From Pyrinomonadaceae bacterium (GTDB lineage: Bacteria; Acidobacteriota; Blastocatellia; Pyrinomonadales; Pyrinomonadaceae): 64,000 bases of DNA. Shown piece by piece: positions 16,781 through 26,900 of the stretch. The DNA is taken from the NCBI GenBank assembly GCA_963779235.1, contig CAVZXI010000014.1, positions 72,337-136,336 of the forward strand, in the 5' to 3' direction. Both the position numbers and the translations under genes were made by a program. A model generated the notes under the pieces. It saw only the letters and a list, made by a program, of their open reading frames with translations. It was not told the DNA's origin and made no database searches. Position 1 is the stretch's first letter. Each line of letters opens with the position of its first letter.

Positions 16781-19700
16781 TCAAAATCTCTTTCTCAAAC
16801 GAATTTCAAAGCTGAAATTATTATTGCTTCGGGTCACATTGCTCAATGAACCCTGTTCGTATTGAGCCACAAATGAGAGCCGATTTGAAACGCGATATTC
16901 AAATGCCAAAACTTGATTTTGGTCTTCGGAAAGATTGGTCGAATAGGTAATCGCCAAGTTTTTATTGATTTGTCTGCCCACGGTCAAACGCGCCGTCGGA
17001 TTCAAACGCTTGCCCGAAAGAATCGGGTCAATCTCAAATTTATTGAGCCCAAAAAGTTTATCAGTCGCCTTGCGAATCGGGTTGTTAATCAGCGAATCGG
17101 TTATTACCTCTGCCGCTGTGTTGATTCCGGTGGTAGTAATTCCTGTTTCGCTATTTGAGAGGCTTCCGGTCGTAATCAGCGAAACGACATCGGCTTGAGG
17201 CAACGCCGGATTAGAACGCACGGTTGCCACCAAAGCATCCAAATTGCTCAATTCTCCGACCAAATTAACGAAAATCTGATAGCCTTTGATGTCCGTTTCG
17301 GCTTGCAGATTGATGGTCGGCTCGCTATTTGCTTGCGGCGGAAATTCGAGCGTTCCGCGCTGAACTTCGTATCGGTCACTACGGAAAAATACCGTTCCGC
17401 TATTGGCTGTAATTCTGCTCCCCGAAAGCACCGGAAAATCTACATCTCCCGTCACTCGTAAATCAATCGAAGCCGTCAAATCTGCTAAATTATTACGAAC
17501 GACTAGTGCATCACGTCCCTGAATTCGCAAATCAAGCCGTGGAATGCCCAACAATGATTGAGATGCGCCTTCTGAGATGCTCCCTTCACGCCGACTGCTA
17601 ATCAGATCGGCTAAATCAATATCTTTGGTGTAACTGCTCCGTTTGGCAAAAATTGTTCCCCAAATCAGCGTGTTGTAATCTCCGCCCGTTTCGCACTTTT
17701 TGGTTTTTTCGTCCTTGATACATTCGCTGGAAACTTTAACCTCAGCATCGCCGGTGGTCAAAAAGTTTTTCGGTAACGGGGCAGTAATATTTTGTCCGCG
17801 CAGTTCGAGTCTAAATCCTTGTAATTTCAAGCCTTCGACCAATGCGCCACCCGTTCCGACCACTTTTCCGCCACCCAAATAGCCAACCGCCCGTTCAATC
17901 TGCGCCTGATTTGAAGTAAAAATAATTTTGGCTTGAATTCGTTCAAAATTAAGCCGCTCGCTTCCGACAAAGGTTGAAATCGAAGCGTTATCAACCGATG
18001 CCGAACCGCTCAATTCTTGCTTAACTCCCGTCAGCCGCATCGAAATATCCGCCAGTCCGGTATAAAACGTATTCTTGGAAGCCAAATTCAAAAGACGCAA
18101 GTTTATTTTTCCGTTGAGCGATAAATTATTATCGCCCCTTTTGTTTAAGGCTACTGTCCCGCTCACCACCAAATTTGAGCCGGCTCCGGCAAATCTCGCA
18201 TTTTCGACCACCACTTCCCGCGTATTGAAAGTAATCGAAATCGGTTGCGTGGCAACAATCGGAGTTTCGTCAAACTGCAAGGCAAACTCGCTAAACTGCG
18301 CGATTCCCTTGATGTCGTCAGCCGTAAAATATCCTTTTCCGTTTGCATCCTTTGCGTAAATATTGCCTTCGGCAAAAACTCTACCCGTGGCTTTTCCCGT
18401 AATCGCCACGCTTCCGGGCGAGCGAAGGAGCGCGACAAACGGCGCAAGTTCGGTGTTCATAAAATTGGTTTCGGCACGAAACGGCAGATTTTTGTCAGCA
18501 AAATTGACGGTGGCGGTAATCAATTGTTGCTGTCCTTCGAGGTTGGCAGTCAAGTCCGCTTTTAACTCTTGATTAACCGTAGTGCTGGAAAAATTGACCG
18601 TTCCGAGCGCATTTTCGTTGATGGTGACGTTTTGCCCTGCGCCTTGAAAATTGACATTGTAAGTAGCAAATTCATCAGATTTTCCGGTAACTTTGGCAGT
18701 TAAATCAATCGTTCCGCTAAATTCGGGAAAGTCTTTGTCATCAGTCACGAGCGGACGAAAACGGGAGGCTTGCAAATTTTTGCCTTCGAGGTCAAGGTCA
18801 AACAAGGTCGTGTCGCGCTGATAAGTTCCCTTTGCTTTCAAATATCCATCGGCAAAACGCGCATCAAAATTTTCCAGCGTGGCAACTGTCCCTTGAAAAG
18901 TCAAATGTGCTTCCATTCCTTCAAAAGGCTGTCCGGCAACCGAGCCTGCGCCTGATTTCAACTCGGCAAATCCGCCCATCTCATTCGGCAAACCCGTTAA
19001 ATTTAATGTTCCCGAAGTTTCGGCATTAAAATCGCGCAACTTTTCGGGCAAATATTTTTCGAGCGGCAAGGCGGCGAGCAAATTTCCCGTATTGACTCGA
19101 TTGAGCGTAGCCTGAACGGAAATATTGTTCGCCCCCGTCTGCGGAATTACCACGTTGAACGTCGTAAATCCGCCGTTTGCTTCGCGCAAAACTCCTTCTT
19201 TTAATTCAACCAACGCAGGCGAAACTAAAATTTTGGTGTTCAAAAAACCAAGTTCACGCCCGCGCATCGAAACCGAATCAAGCGTTGCGTTTCCGTCAAC
19301 ATTTGGATTTTCAAGGTTGCCCGTCAGCGTCCCGTTAAATTTCAAATTCCCCGCAAAATTGATTTGATTATCTGTAAGTTGTTGTGTCAATTCGGGGGAA
19401 ATGTCCAAAACTTTGACCAAACGCTCAACTTCAGTCGCATCGCTTGAATTAAGTGCCAGAGTGAGATTGGAACTTTCGCCGTTAAGATCAAAACGCCCTG
19501 TGGCATTGAGTTGGCTTTTTTCGGTATTAAATTTGGCGTAGTCAATATCAAAAAGCCCATCGGTTGCTTTTACGCCAAGATTTCCGTTGACGGGGACTAA
19601 ACCGCGTTCAGTTGTTCCGGCATTTGCCTCAAAATCTGCGGTCAGAGTTCCGCTGGCTTTTTTAAAATTTGTTCCTCGAAAAGTCAAATTGGCTTTGCCG

Positions 19701-21805
19701 GTTGTTTTGCCATCCAACGGAATCACTTTTCCACCTTGCAAAGCGAGGATTTTGGCGAGATCAAGATTGGCAAATTCAGCCTCCACTTTCGATGAATTTC
19801 GTTCATTCATCGCAATCACGGCATTGCCGATAACCTTGCCGTCCATCACCTCGGCGGTTAATTTATTGAGTTCAATTTGTTCATTGGTTGCCACCACGGA
19901 AGCCCGCGCTGCGCCGAGTTTGACGCTTCCCAGCACCCCGCCGCCGAGACTCATATCCATACTTGCCCGATAGCGTCCCGATGGCTCAAGCACGAAAACG
20001 GGCTGATAAACTTTAGCGTTTTCGAGTTTCCCATTTTTTCTGAGGTCAACATTTCCTGCATCAAAATCGCCCGAAGTGCCTTCGATTCTGCCTGCGACAA
20101 TTCTGAGACGAACTCCGGCAATATTCAAACTTCCGAAACCTACCTCTTGGGTATCAATTTTTGCAACCCTCAAATTATCCGAATAAATATCCGTTTGATT
20201 ACCATTATCTTTGATGCTGACATTTTCCGCTTGCAGATTGCCGATTTTCGCGCCCTCCGCCTCAACTCCATCGGCTTGAATATTTTTGGCTTGAAGGTCA
20301 GTTGCGCCATTTTCATCGGTTAGCTTTAAACCGTTTGCCTTGATATTTTTGAGTTTGGCATCTTCAGTCTGTAAACTTTCAGCCCGAAAATTTTCAATTT
20401 CGGCAGTAGTTTTATCTCCGTTGGTCGTAATTTTGACACCGTTGGCATCAACTCCGCGCAATTCCGTGTCTTTATCTTTGACCACACCCGCCCGAAAATT
20501 TGGCGAATTGATAGTGGTCACGCCATTATTTGTCGAAACCTTAATGCCATTGATTTGCAAACTTTCAGCAATCAAATCTTCGGAATTGAAACTTACAGCG
20601 TGAAGACTCCCGAAGTCTGCGGCAAACTGTTTATCTTTGTATTCGGCAACCGCATCCGAGATAAAAAGTCCTGTCAGCGTGCCATCGGGCGATTTGACGG
20701 CGGCGGCTTGGAGTTCGCCAAACCATTTAAAATCCGTCCCGCTTCCGCGCACCTTGCCGATCAATTGTGGAAAATCAATCTGAAAATCTTCAAAGGTCAG
20801 CATCTCGGCAATCGCTTTGCCGTTTCCTTCGTAAATTGCGTTTTCACCCGCCACTTTGCCGTTAATCTGCAAGCCTTTCAAGCGAATATTTGAAGCCGCC
20901 AGAGATTCGGAAGTTGCTTCACCGTCAATCTTGTATTTTTCGCCTTCGCCCGTCACCGTTCCTTCAAAATTGCCGAAACCTCGAAGCGCAGTTCCATTTG
21001 GCAAAAGCGTGGCGGTTTGCATCAAATCAATTGTCGAACTAACTTTCAGATTATATTTGGGCGATTCCCAATTCGTCACCGTTCCCGACAAATTCGATTC
21101 ACCAATCGGACTTTTAATCGTCAAACTACTGATTTCCGCGCCGTTTTTATCGGCAATTCCTTTGGCAACAATATCAATCGGCTCAATCGGCTTTTCGTTG
21201 TAACTAAAAATTGATTTGGTCGAGGTTAAATCAAACCTGTAACGGCGTTCATTTTCAGCGACTTGCGTGTTTTCAGGCTCAACCGCAATGGTTAAGTTTT
21301 TTGCCTCGCCTGAAAGTTTGCGACTGACATCGCCGTAATGAATCAGCGCATTTTTCAAACTGAAATTTATCGAAGCTACCGAAATTTTTAGATTTGGGTC
21401 TTCATCGGCTTTGAATTTGAGATTGGAGAAATTCGACTTGCCGTTTTCGTCAAATTTGACCCAAATTTCCAAACCTTCAACATCAGTAGAATTAACGTTT
21501 ATCTCTCGTGTGGCGCGCAAACCAATGATATTTGAAAGTGTCAATTCGAGATTGAGTTTGTCAATTTTGGCAAGTTTTTCGCCCGAAACAACATCAAAAA
21601 ATTGGAGATTGGTGAGTTCGGCAGTAGTTGGCGAAATCGTGGTTTTGACTGATTCAATTTCGGCTCTGATTCCAAATTCGGTAAATCTCTCGAGCAAAGA
21701 ACTTTTGATGTAGTTGTCAACGTAACCTGCTTTGAATGCAATAAATAAGCAACAAATGCAACCAACAAAAGAACTCCCAAAGCCCCAAACATAAGCAAAA
21801 GCCAA
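16781..21805 (-). CDS. tamB: Translocation and assembly module protein TamB (DUF490 C-terminus)
   Basis: 1674 aa beta-rich protein. The C-terminal block LTVGRQINKNLAITYSTNLSEDQNQVLAFEYRVSNRLSF is typical of TamB/DUF490. The probable ancestral start and signal anchor are in another frame at 21846 (see findings). Confidence 0.8.
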   Translation of the reverse strand: MAFAYVWGFGSSFVGCICCLFIAFKAGYVDNYIKSSLLERFTEFGIRAEIESVKTTISPTTAELTNLQFFDVVSGEKLAKIDKLNLELTLSNIIGLRATREINVNSTDVEGLEIWVKFDENGKSNFSNLKFKADEDPNLKISVASINFSLKNALIHYGDVSRKLSGEAKNLTIAVEPENTQVAENERRYRFDLTSTKSIFSYNEKPIEPIDIVAKGIADKNGAEISSLTIKSPIGESNLSGTVTNWESPKYNLKVSSTIDLMQTATLLPNGTALRGFGNFEGTVTGEGEKYKIDGEATSESLAASNIRLKGLQINGKVAGENAIYEGNGKAIAEMLTFEDFQIDFPQLIGKVRGSGTDFKWFGELQAAAVKSPDGTLTGLFISDAVAEYKDKQFAADFGSLHAVSFNSEDLIAESLQINGIKVSTNNGVTTINSPNFRAGVVKDKDTELRGVDANGVKITTNGDKTTAEIENFRAESLQTEDAKLKNIKANGLKLTDENGATDLQAKNIQADGVEAEGAKIGNLQAENVSIKDNGNQTDIYSDNLRVAKIDTQEVGFGSLNIAGVRLRIVAGRIEGTSGDFDAGNVDLRKNGKLENAKVYQPVFVLEPSGRYRASMDMSLGGGVLGSVKLGAARASVVATNEQIELNKLTAEVMDGKVIGNAVIAMNERNSSKVEAEFANLDLAKILALQGGKVIPLDGKTTGKANLTFRGTNFKKASGTLTADFEANAGTTERGLVPVNGNLGVKATDGLFDIDYAKFNTEKSQLNATGRFDLNGESSNLTLALNSSDATEVERLVKVLDISPELTQQLTDNQINFAGNLKFNGTLTGNLENPNVDGNATLDSVSMRGRELGFLNTKILVSPALVELKEGVLREANGGFTTFNVVIPQTGANNISVQATLNRVNTGNLLAALPLEKYLPEKLRDFNAETSGTLNLTGLPNEMGGFAELKSGAGSVAGQPFEGMEAHLTFQGTVATLENFDARFADGYLKAKGTYQRDTTLFDLDLEGKNLQASRFRPLVTDDKDFPEFSGTIDLTAKVTGKSDEFATYNVNFQGAGQNVTINENALGTVNFSSTTVNQELKADLTANLEGQQQLITATVNFADKNLPFRAETNFMNTELAPFVALLRSPGSVAITGKATGRVFAEGNIYAKDANGKGYFTADDIKGIAQFSEFALQFDETPIVATQPISITFNTREVVVENARFAGAGSNLVVSGTVALNKRGDNNLSLNGKINLRLLNLASKNTFYTGLADISMRLTGVKQELSGSASVDNASISTFVGSERLNFERIQAKIIFTSNQAQIERAVGYLGGGKVVGTGGALVEGLKLQGFRLELRGQNITAPLPKNFLTTGDAEVKVSSECIKDEKTKKCETGGDYNTLIWGTIFAKRSSYTKDIDLADLISSRREGSISEGASQSLLGIPRLDLRIQGRDALVVRNNLADLTASIDLRVTGDVDFPVLSGSRITANSGTVFFRSDRYEVQRGTLEFPPQANSEPTINLQAETDIKGYQIFVNLVGELSNLDALVATVRSNPALPQADVVSLITTGSLSNSETGITTTGINTAAEVITDSLINNPIRKATDKLFGLNKFEIDPILSGKRLNPTARLTVGRQINKNLAITYSTNLSEDQNQVLAFEYRVSNRLSFVAQYEQGSLSNVTRSNNNFSFEIRLRKRF

Positions 21806-21931
21806 CGCCAGAATTTTCGTTTAGGTTTTGTAATTTCTTCGGTCATAAACTTTAAGGGGAAGAATAAGTTAAGTTATTTGATTATAACAGATTTTTATTC
21901 TTCTTTTATCCCCTTAATCGACCTGTGAATT

Positions 21932-23005
21932 TCAAAGCGAAATAATTTCCGTAATTTCCAAATCAAATGCTTCAATTGCCGTAACTTTCGGCGGATGATT
22001 GCACAAAAACTGAATTTTCCTAACTCCCAAATCGTTTAAAATTTGTGCGCCGATGCCATAATCCCGAATGTCGTCCGTAGCCGGTTTCCTTTCGCGCTTC
22101 GAAAAACTCAAATCTTTCTCCTGCATCAACTTATAGGTTTCGAGTTGGTGAATTAAATCGAGATTATGTTCTTTTTGCCGTAAATAAAGAATCACGCCGC
22201 AGCCTTTTTCGGCGATTTTTTTGAGCGAAGATTGCATCGCCAGAGCTTCGCCGATTTTTGAGCCAAACATCGCAAACGTAATATTCTCGGTTTGGACGCG
22301 AACGGGAACACTTTCGGTTGTCTGCGAAACATCGCCCAACGTGATAGCTAAATGAGTCTCGCCATTGATAATATTTTCGTAAAGCGATAATGTGAAAAGT
22401 TCCAAAATCGGTTGGCAAATCGGTTTCGACGACTCTTTTGACAACTTTTCTTTTTGGATTCGATACCGCACCAAATCCGCCACGGAGATAATTTTCAAAT
22501 CGTGTTTTTCGGCAAAAATTTCGAGTTCAGGCATACGCGCCATCGTCCCGTCATCATTCATAATTTCGCAAATCACGGCAGAAGGATTTAGTCCGGCAAT
22601 TCGCGCAATGTCAACGCTTGCTTCGGTTTGCCCGACGCGAACCAGCACGCCGCCACTTTTTGCTCGAAGCGGAAAAATATGTCCGGGACGCGCCAAATCG
22701 TTGGCGTTGTCGATCGGGATAACTGCGGTCAAAATCGTTTTTGCGCGGTCTGCTGCCGAAATTCCGGTCGTCACGCCTTCCTTCGCTTCGATTGAAACGG
22801 TAAAAGCCGTGCCAAAACCTGAAGTGTTTTCAGTAGTTTGCGGCGGAAGTTGCAGAAAATCGCAACGTTCTTCGGTCAGAGGCAAACAAATCAATCCGCG
22901 CCCATGAACCGCCATAAAATTGATGAATTCAGGCGTAATTTTTTCCGCCGCGCAAACGAGGTCGCCCTCATTTTCGCGGTCTTCATCGTCAACAATGATA
23001 ATCAT
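21932..23005 (-). CDS. ribBA: DHBP synthase (RibB) fused to a degenerate GTP cyclohydrolase II-like domain (RibBA/RibBX-type)
   Basis: The RibB motifs [22 protein letters not shown] and GHIFPL are intact. The C-terminal half aligns to RibA ([25 protein letters not shown]) but lacks the zinc-ligand cysteines. Conserved N-terminal residues continue upstream of the first ATG. Confidence 0.8.
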   Translation of the reverse strand: MIIIVDDEDRENEGDLVCAAEKITPEFINFMAVHGRGLICLPLTEERCDFLQLPPQTTENTSGFGTAFTVSIEAKEGVTTGISAADRAKTILTAVIPIDNANDLARPGHIFPLRAKSGGVLVRVGQTEASVDIARIAGLNPSAVICEIMNDDGTMARMPELEIFAEKHDLKIISVADLVRYRIQKEKLSKESSKPICQPILELFTLSLYENIINGETHLAITLGDVSQTTESVPVRVQTENITFAMFGSKIGEALAMQSSLKKIAEKGCGVILYLRQKEHNLDLIHQLETYKLMQEKDLSFSKRERKPATDDIRDYGIGAQILNDLGVRKIQFLCNHPPKVTAIEAFDLEITEIISL

Positions 23006-23207
23006 TTTGCCGTTGCGAATATCTTCGGCGGCTTCTTCAATTGTGGCAAAGGCATCTTTTAATTTTAGATTTTAGATTATTTGGAAACAAATTTGAAATT
23101 TTTACCTGAATCAAAGGTTCAGCAATTTGTTAAACGAATAACAATGGCTTTGAAATTTAACACCTGGATCTGATCCGTCTTCGCATTCTGACCATTTACC
23201 ATTAACC

Positions 23208-24358
23208 GTGTCTTTTGAACTCAAACTCGCTCTTGAAATATTTCCGCGCACGAACGCAAATCTCTGGCGCGATTTACTTCAGTGGTGGCGATTGTCGGCA
23301 TTGCGGTCGGGGTGGCAACGTTGATTCTCGCGCAATCGTTGGCGAGAGGTTTTCAAGACGAAATGCGGGATAAAATTCTCGCAAACACGGCGCATATTTC
23401 GATTTTTCGGGCGGACGGCGGCGGAAATTAAGATTGGCAAAAGATAAAAGCGAAACTCGAAAAGACTTGAAAATGTCAACGAAATTTCGCCGACAGCATA
23501 CGAAAGTGCTTTATTAATCGGCGAAACACGAAACGAGCTTATGTGATTTTGCAAAGTCAAAGTCGAAAGTGAGTCGAGATAATAATCTTCGCTCTTGGCA
23601 AACAATTAGCTGAAAAGACAGGCTTAAAAATCGGCGACAAGGCGGAAATTGTTACTTCAAAAATCAAATTCCAGCGAAAACTTCTCGCGAATTGGCGTGA
23701 ACGCATTTTTCAAACCGGACTTTACGATTACGATTCGACTTGGATTTACCTCTCGCCAAAAACTTCGCGACAACTGCATGGGCAAGCAAAATTTCATCCG
23801 ACAAGTCTTAAATGTAAAAGTTACAGATATTTACAACTCAAAAGAAACCGCCAATCTAATTCGCCAAAATCTTTCGGACGAAAATTTAAAATCGTTGACT
23901 GGCAAGAAGCAAATCAACCGCTTTTTGCCGCCTTGAGTTTGGAGCGAAAAGTGCGTTTGGCAATAATTTCGCTGATAATTTTTATCGCCGCTTTAAATAT
24001 CACGACGACGTTCGCGCTACTGGTCAATGAAAGCCGATTAGACATTGCAATTTTGCGGACTTGCGGCGCGAAAACGAGAAGTTTGATGAAAATCTTTTTG
24101 CTTGAAGGTTTATTTTTCAGCTTAATCGGAATTATTTCGGGCGTAATTTTGGGTTTGCAGGCTGTTTTTCGGCAAATTATTTCAACTGTCAGTTTGGATT
24201 CGGAAGTTTATTCACTCAATCAAATCACTTTGCAACCAAGTTTTATGAATGTTTTGTTAATTATGGCAATTGCTTTCGGCTTGTGTCTGACGGCTACCTT
24301 ATATCCGGCTTGGAAAGCCTCACGCATAAAACCTTTAGAAAATTTACGGACTGCTTAG
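23208..24358 (+). pseudogene. LolC/LolE-type (FtsX family) permease, multiply frameshifted
   Basis: Recognisable pieces sit in all three frames: SFELKLAL, LKYFRAR, RKSLARFTSVVAIVGIAVGVATLILAQSLARGFQDEMRDKI, ENVNEISPTAYESALLIGE, VDWQEANQPLFAALSLERKV...LYPAWKASRIKPLENLR. They are separated by frame changes and in-frame stops. Confidence 0.7.
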
Positions 24359-24930
24359 GCAAAATTTTTCTCGCGGCATCAAACTCTTTTACTTAGTTTC
24401 ACTCAGCAGCTAATTGAATTTCAGTATTGGAAAGTCTCGCAGTTTTATCTTTAATAATCTTTTACTGCCGGAAATATTTGGAATCAAAGCTGTTTCCAAA
24501 CCATTTTCAGTTGTTTTGAGACTAAGCCGGTCGGCTCGTTTGGAAACCAAGTTTTGCCGTCATCATTGAAACTTGTTGAATATAGTTGATGCCTTTGCCG
24601 ATTAGTTCGCATTGTTTACTCAAGCATTTAACGGATAAATTCTGCGGCAGGCGAACAAAAGGTTGTTTAATTGAATACCAATCGGAATTTCCGCGTCTGC
24701 TGTCGCAAAATCCTAAACTGAATTCTCGTCCGCCCAACATTTTTTTGGCTTGTTCGCTGAGGCGAATATTCAGTCTGATACTTCTCCAATCTAAAACTTC
24801 AAAGTCAATGTCGGCTGCCTGAATCGGATTATTTGCGTATTTTCGACTCTGGTTTCAATTCGTAAATTTTCAATTTTGAAATCCAAATCAGTCAACACAT
24901 TTTGAATGTTAGCCCCAATTTCAGAGGTTT

Positions 24931-25347
24931 CTATATCGGGAAAATTGGCAAACTGCTAAAAGCACTTGGCAATTTAACGCTATTGATTTGCCGATTTACC
25001 GCAAAGGCTTCAACTTCTTTGGCTTCATTTGCCAAAATAGTTGGTCGGGCAGATGAAACCGCAAATAAAGTTGGATGCCTGATTATTCTTTCACCATCAA
25101 GTTCTAATTCCAATGAAAAATTATTTGAGTCTTGCCACCGATTTAAGTCTTCAAAAAACAAAATTTTTCTCGCGGATAATAGTCGGATTCAGATGCACCC
25201 GGTTTGGGCTGTCGGAACAAATTGACGATTCGTTATTTCAGCTCCCGTATCCGCTTTGATGATGGCTCTTTTTCCATTGATCCGAATTGCCAGAATTTGT
25301 TCCAGTCTTTCACCGACAATTATTGCCTGATTATCACCTTTAGCCAT
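24931..25347 (-). pseudogene. Retropepsin-like (clan AA) aspartic protease with an in-frame TGA
   Basis: An ADTGAE active-site-like motif sits in the N-terminal part. A C-terminal pattern ELELDGERI...PTILANEAKEVEAFAVN continues in the same frame after TGA (plus-strand tca at 25189-25191). Confidence 0.4.
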
Positions 25348-25386
25348 TTTAACATTGGTCACATTTGGGGGTAACGGGAAGATTAA

Positions 25387-26900
25387 GTTTAAATTATAAC
25401 AATACCTTCGCCAAAAGATATTTGAAAAATAGAAATGAAAAGATGAAATGAACCGAGTATTTTAGTAGATTTATTTTGCACTAAATTAATACTAATCTAC
25501 CCAATTCATTTCAATGGAAATATTAACATTATTTGCTTGTTTTTCACACTTTGACTTCAACCACTTCGATTCGTCATTTACGGTAATTGCCGAAGCTATT
25601 TTTTCGATGACCGGACGGGTGACGATGTTGGGGATTTCCCGTTGGGCTGAAAAAGGCGGTTCATATCGGACTGTCCAACGCTTTTTTGCGACTGATTTCC
25701 GTGGACGGATTTGCATTTGAAGTTTGTCGAGAGTCATTTATTCAATCCTTCGCACGAATATATTTTAGCCGGAGATGCGACCACCATTACCAAGTCGGGA
25801 AAAAACACTTTCGGGATTGACCGATTTTTTTCAGGTGTTTTAGGAATCGTGGTCAAAGGGATTGAGTTTTTTGCGTTTTCTTTGATAGATGTCACCAATC
25901 GCAAATCATATCCGTTGTGAGTCAAACAAACGGTGCGGAAAAGGAGGAAACATCAAAGGCGAAAAGAAGCCCTTGAAAAAGAAGAAAAGGAGTGTCAAAA
26001 AGAAGCCTTCAAAATTTGCAAGGGGCAGACCCACAGGAGCGTTGAACAAAGACAAGATGAAACTTGAATTATCAAGTGAATTGTTGCGTATAAACGAGTT
26101 ATTGCAATCAGTGTTGAAGTTATTGAGAGTCTTTGTGTCGGTCAAATATTTAGCGATGGATGGGCATTACGGACATAATCAAGCGGTCTTGATGGCACGC
26201 GAGAATTGATTTAGAATTGATTAGCAAATTGAGGCAAGATGCCGTCTTATTTGAGAAATATGAAGGCAAACAAAAAGTCAAGGAGCGCGAAAAAAGAAGG
26301 GAGAGCGACTCAAGTTACGAAGAATGCCGACGAAAATATTTGAAGCAAAAAGAAGTCGAAGAAAAAATTGTTGACCAATTATTATGCAAGGAGTATTTCT
26401 GCACAAGAGTTTGGAATGGCATTGAAAGTGGTGATGATAGTCAAAACGGACTTGAAGCAAACGGAAAGTCGGACACGTGATTTTGTTCAGCAGCGATGAG
26501 GAATTGGAGATGGGAAAAGTTGATCGAATATTACTGCGTTGAGATTTCAGATCGAATTCAACTTCCGAGATGCAAAACAACATTTTGGGTTAGAAGATTT
26601 TATGAACACACTCGGAAAGAGGAGTGGAAAATGCGGTCAATTTATCATTTCTGATGGTCAATGTGAGTGCCAAATTGTTAAAAAACAGCGAAGAAAAAGT
26701 TGACTCGGAATAAATGATTTGAAAACGCATTATCGAGGAGCAAAATACGCGCGTTGGATAATAAAAAAGGTTCTGAAAAATGCAGAACCAATATTAAATA
26801 AACGAGATACTGGAGGAGATTGGCAGACTAGGCAGTATTCATCAAGCTAAATCTGCCATTTCTTCCGCCTAATTTGGCGAAGGTATTGTCATATTTAACT
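25387..26900 (+). mobile_element. Degraded IS element (DDE transposase, IS4/IS701-like by eye) with terminal inverted repeats
   Basis: acaataccttcgccaaa (25399-25415) is the exact reverse complement of tttggcgaaggtattgt (26873-26889), with partly matching outward extensions. The transposase (MTGRVTMLGISRWAEKGGSYRTVQRFF..., YILAGDATTITKSGK..., GRPTGALNKDK..., VKYLAMDGHYGHNQAVLMAREN...) is spread over at least 4 frames with in-frame stops. Confidence 0.75.

Noticed and set aside
16913-21713. Numerous 60-150 aa plus-strand ORFs antisense to tamB, with similar antisense ORFs inside the Omp85, clpC, bamA, CHAT and EPS genes.
   Set aside because: They lie wholly inside long, motif-supported genes on the opposite strand. 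They lack RBSs and have low-complexity or odd composition typical of antisense translation.
23006-23207. An FMN riboswitch (RFN element) upstream of ribBA.
   Set aside because: I could not find the conserved RFN core helices by eye in the 200 nt upstream. The region is instead shared with the divergent lolE-like pseudogene. Only a covariance-model scan can settle this.
26828-26889. The C-terminal 20 residues of track ORF 26828..27241 (…NTFAKLGGRNGRFSLMNTA) as genuine protein sequence.
   Set aside because: This stretch is the antisense of the IS right end, including its terminal inverted repeat. The host gene is truncated at the insertion.
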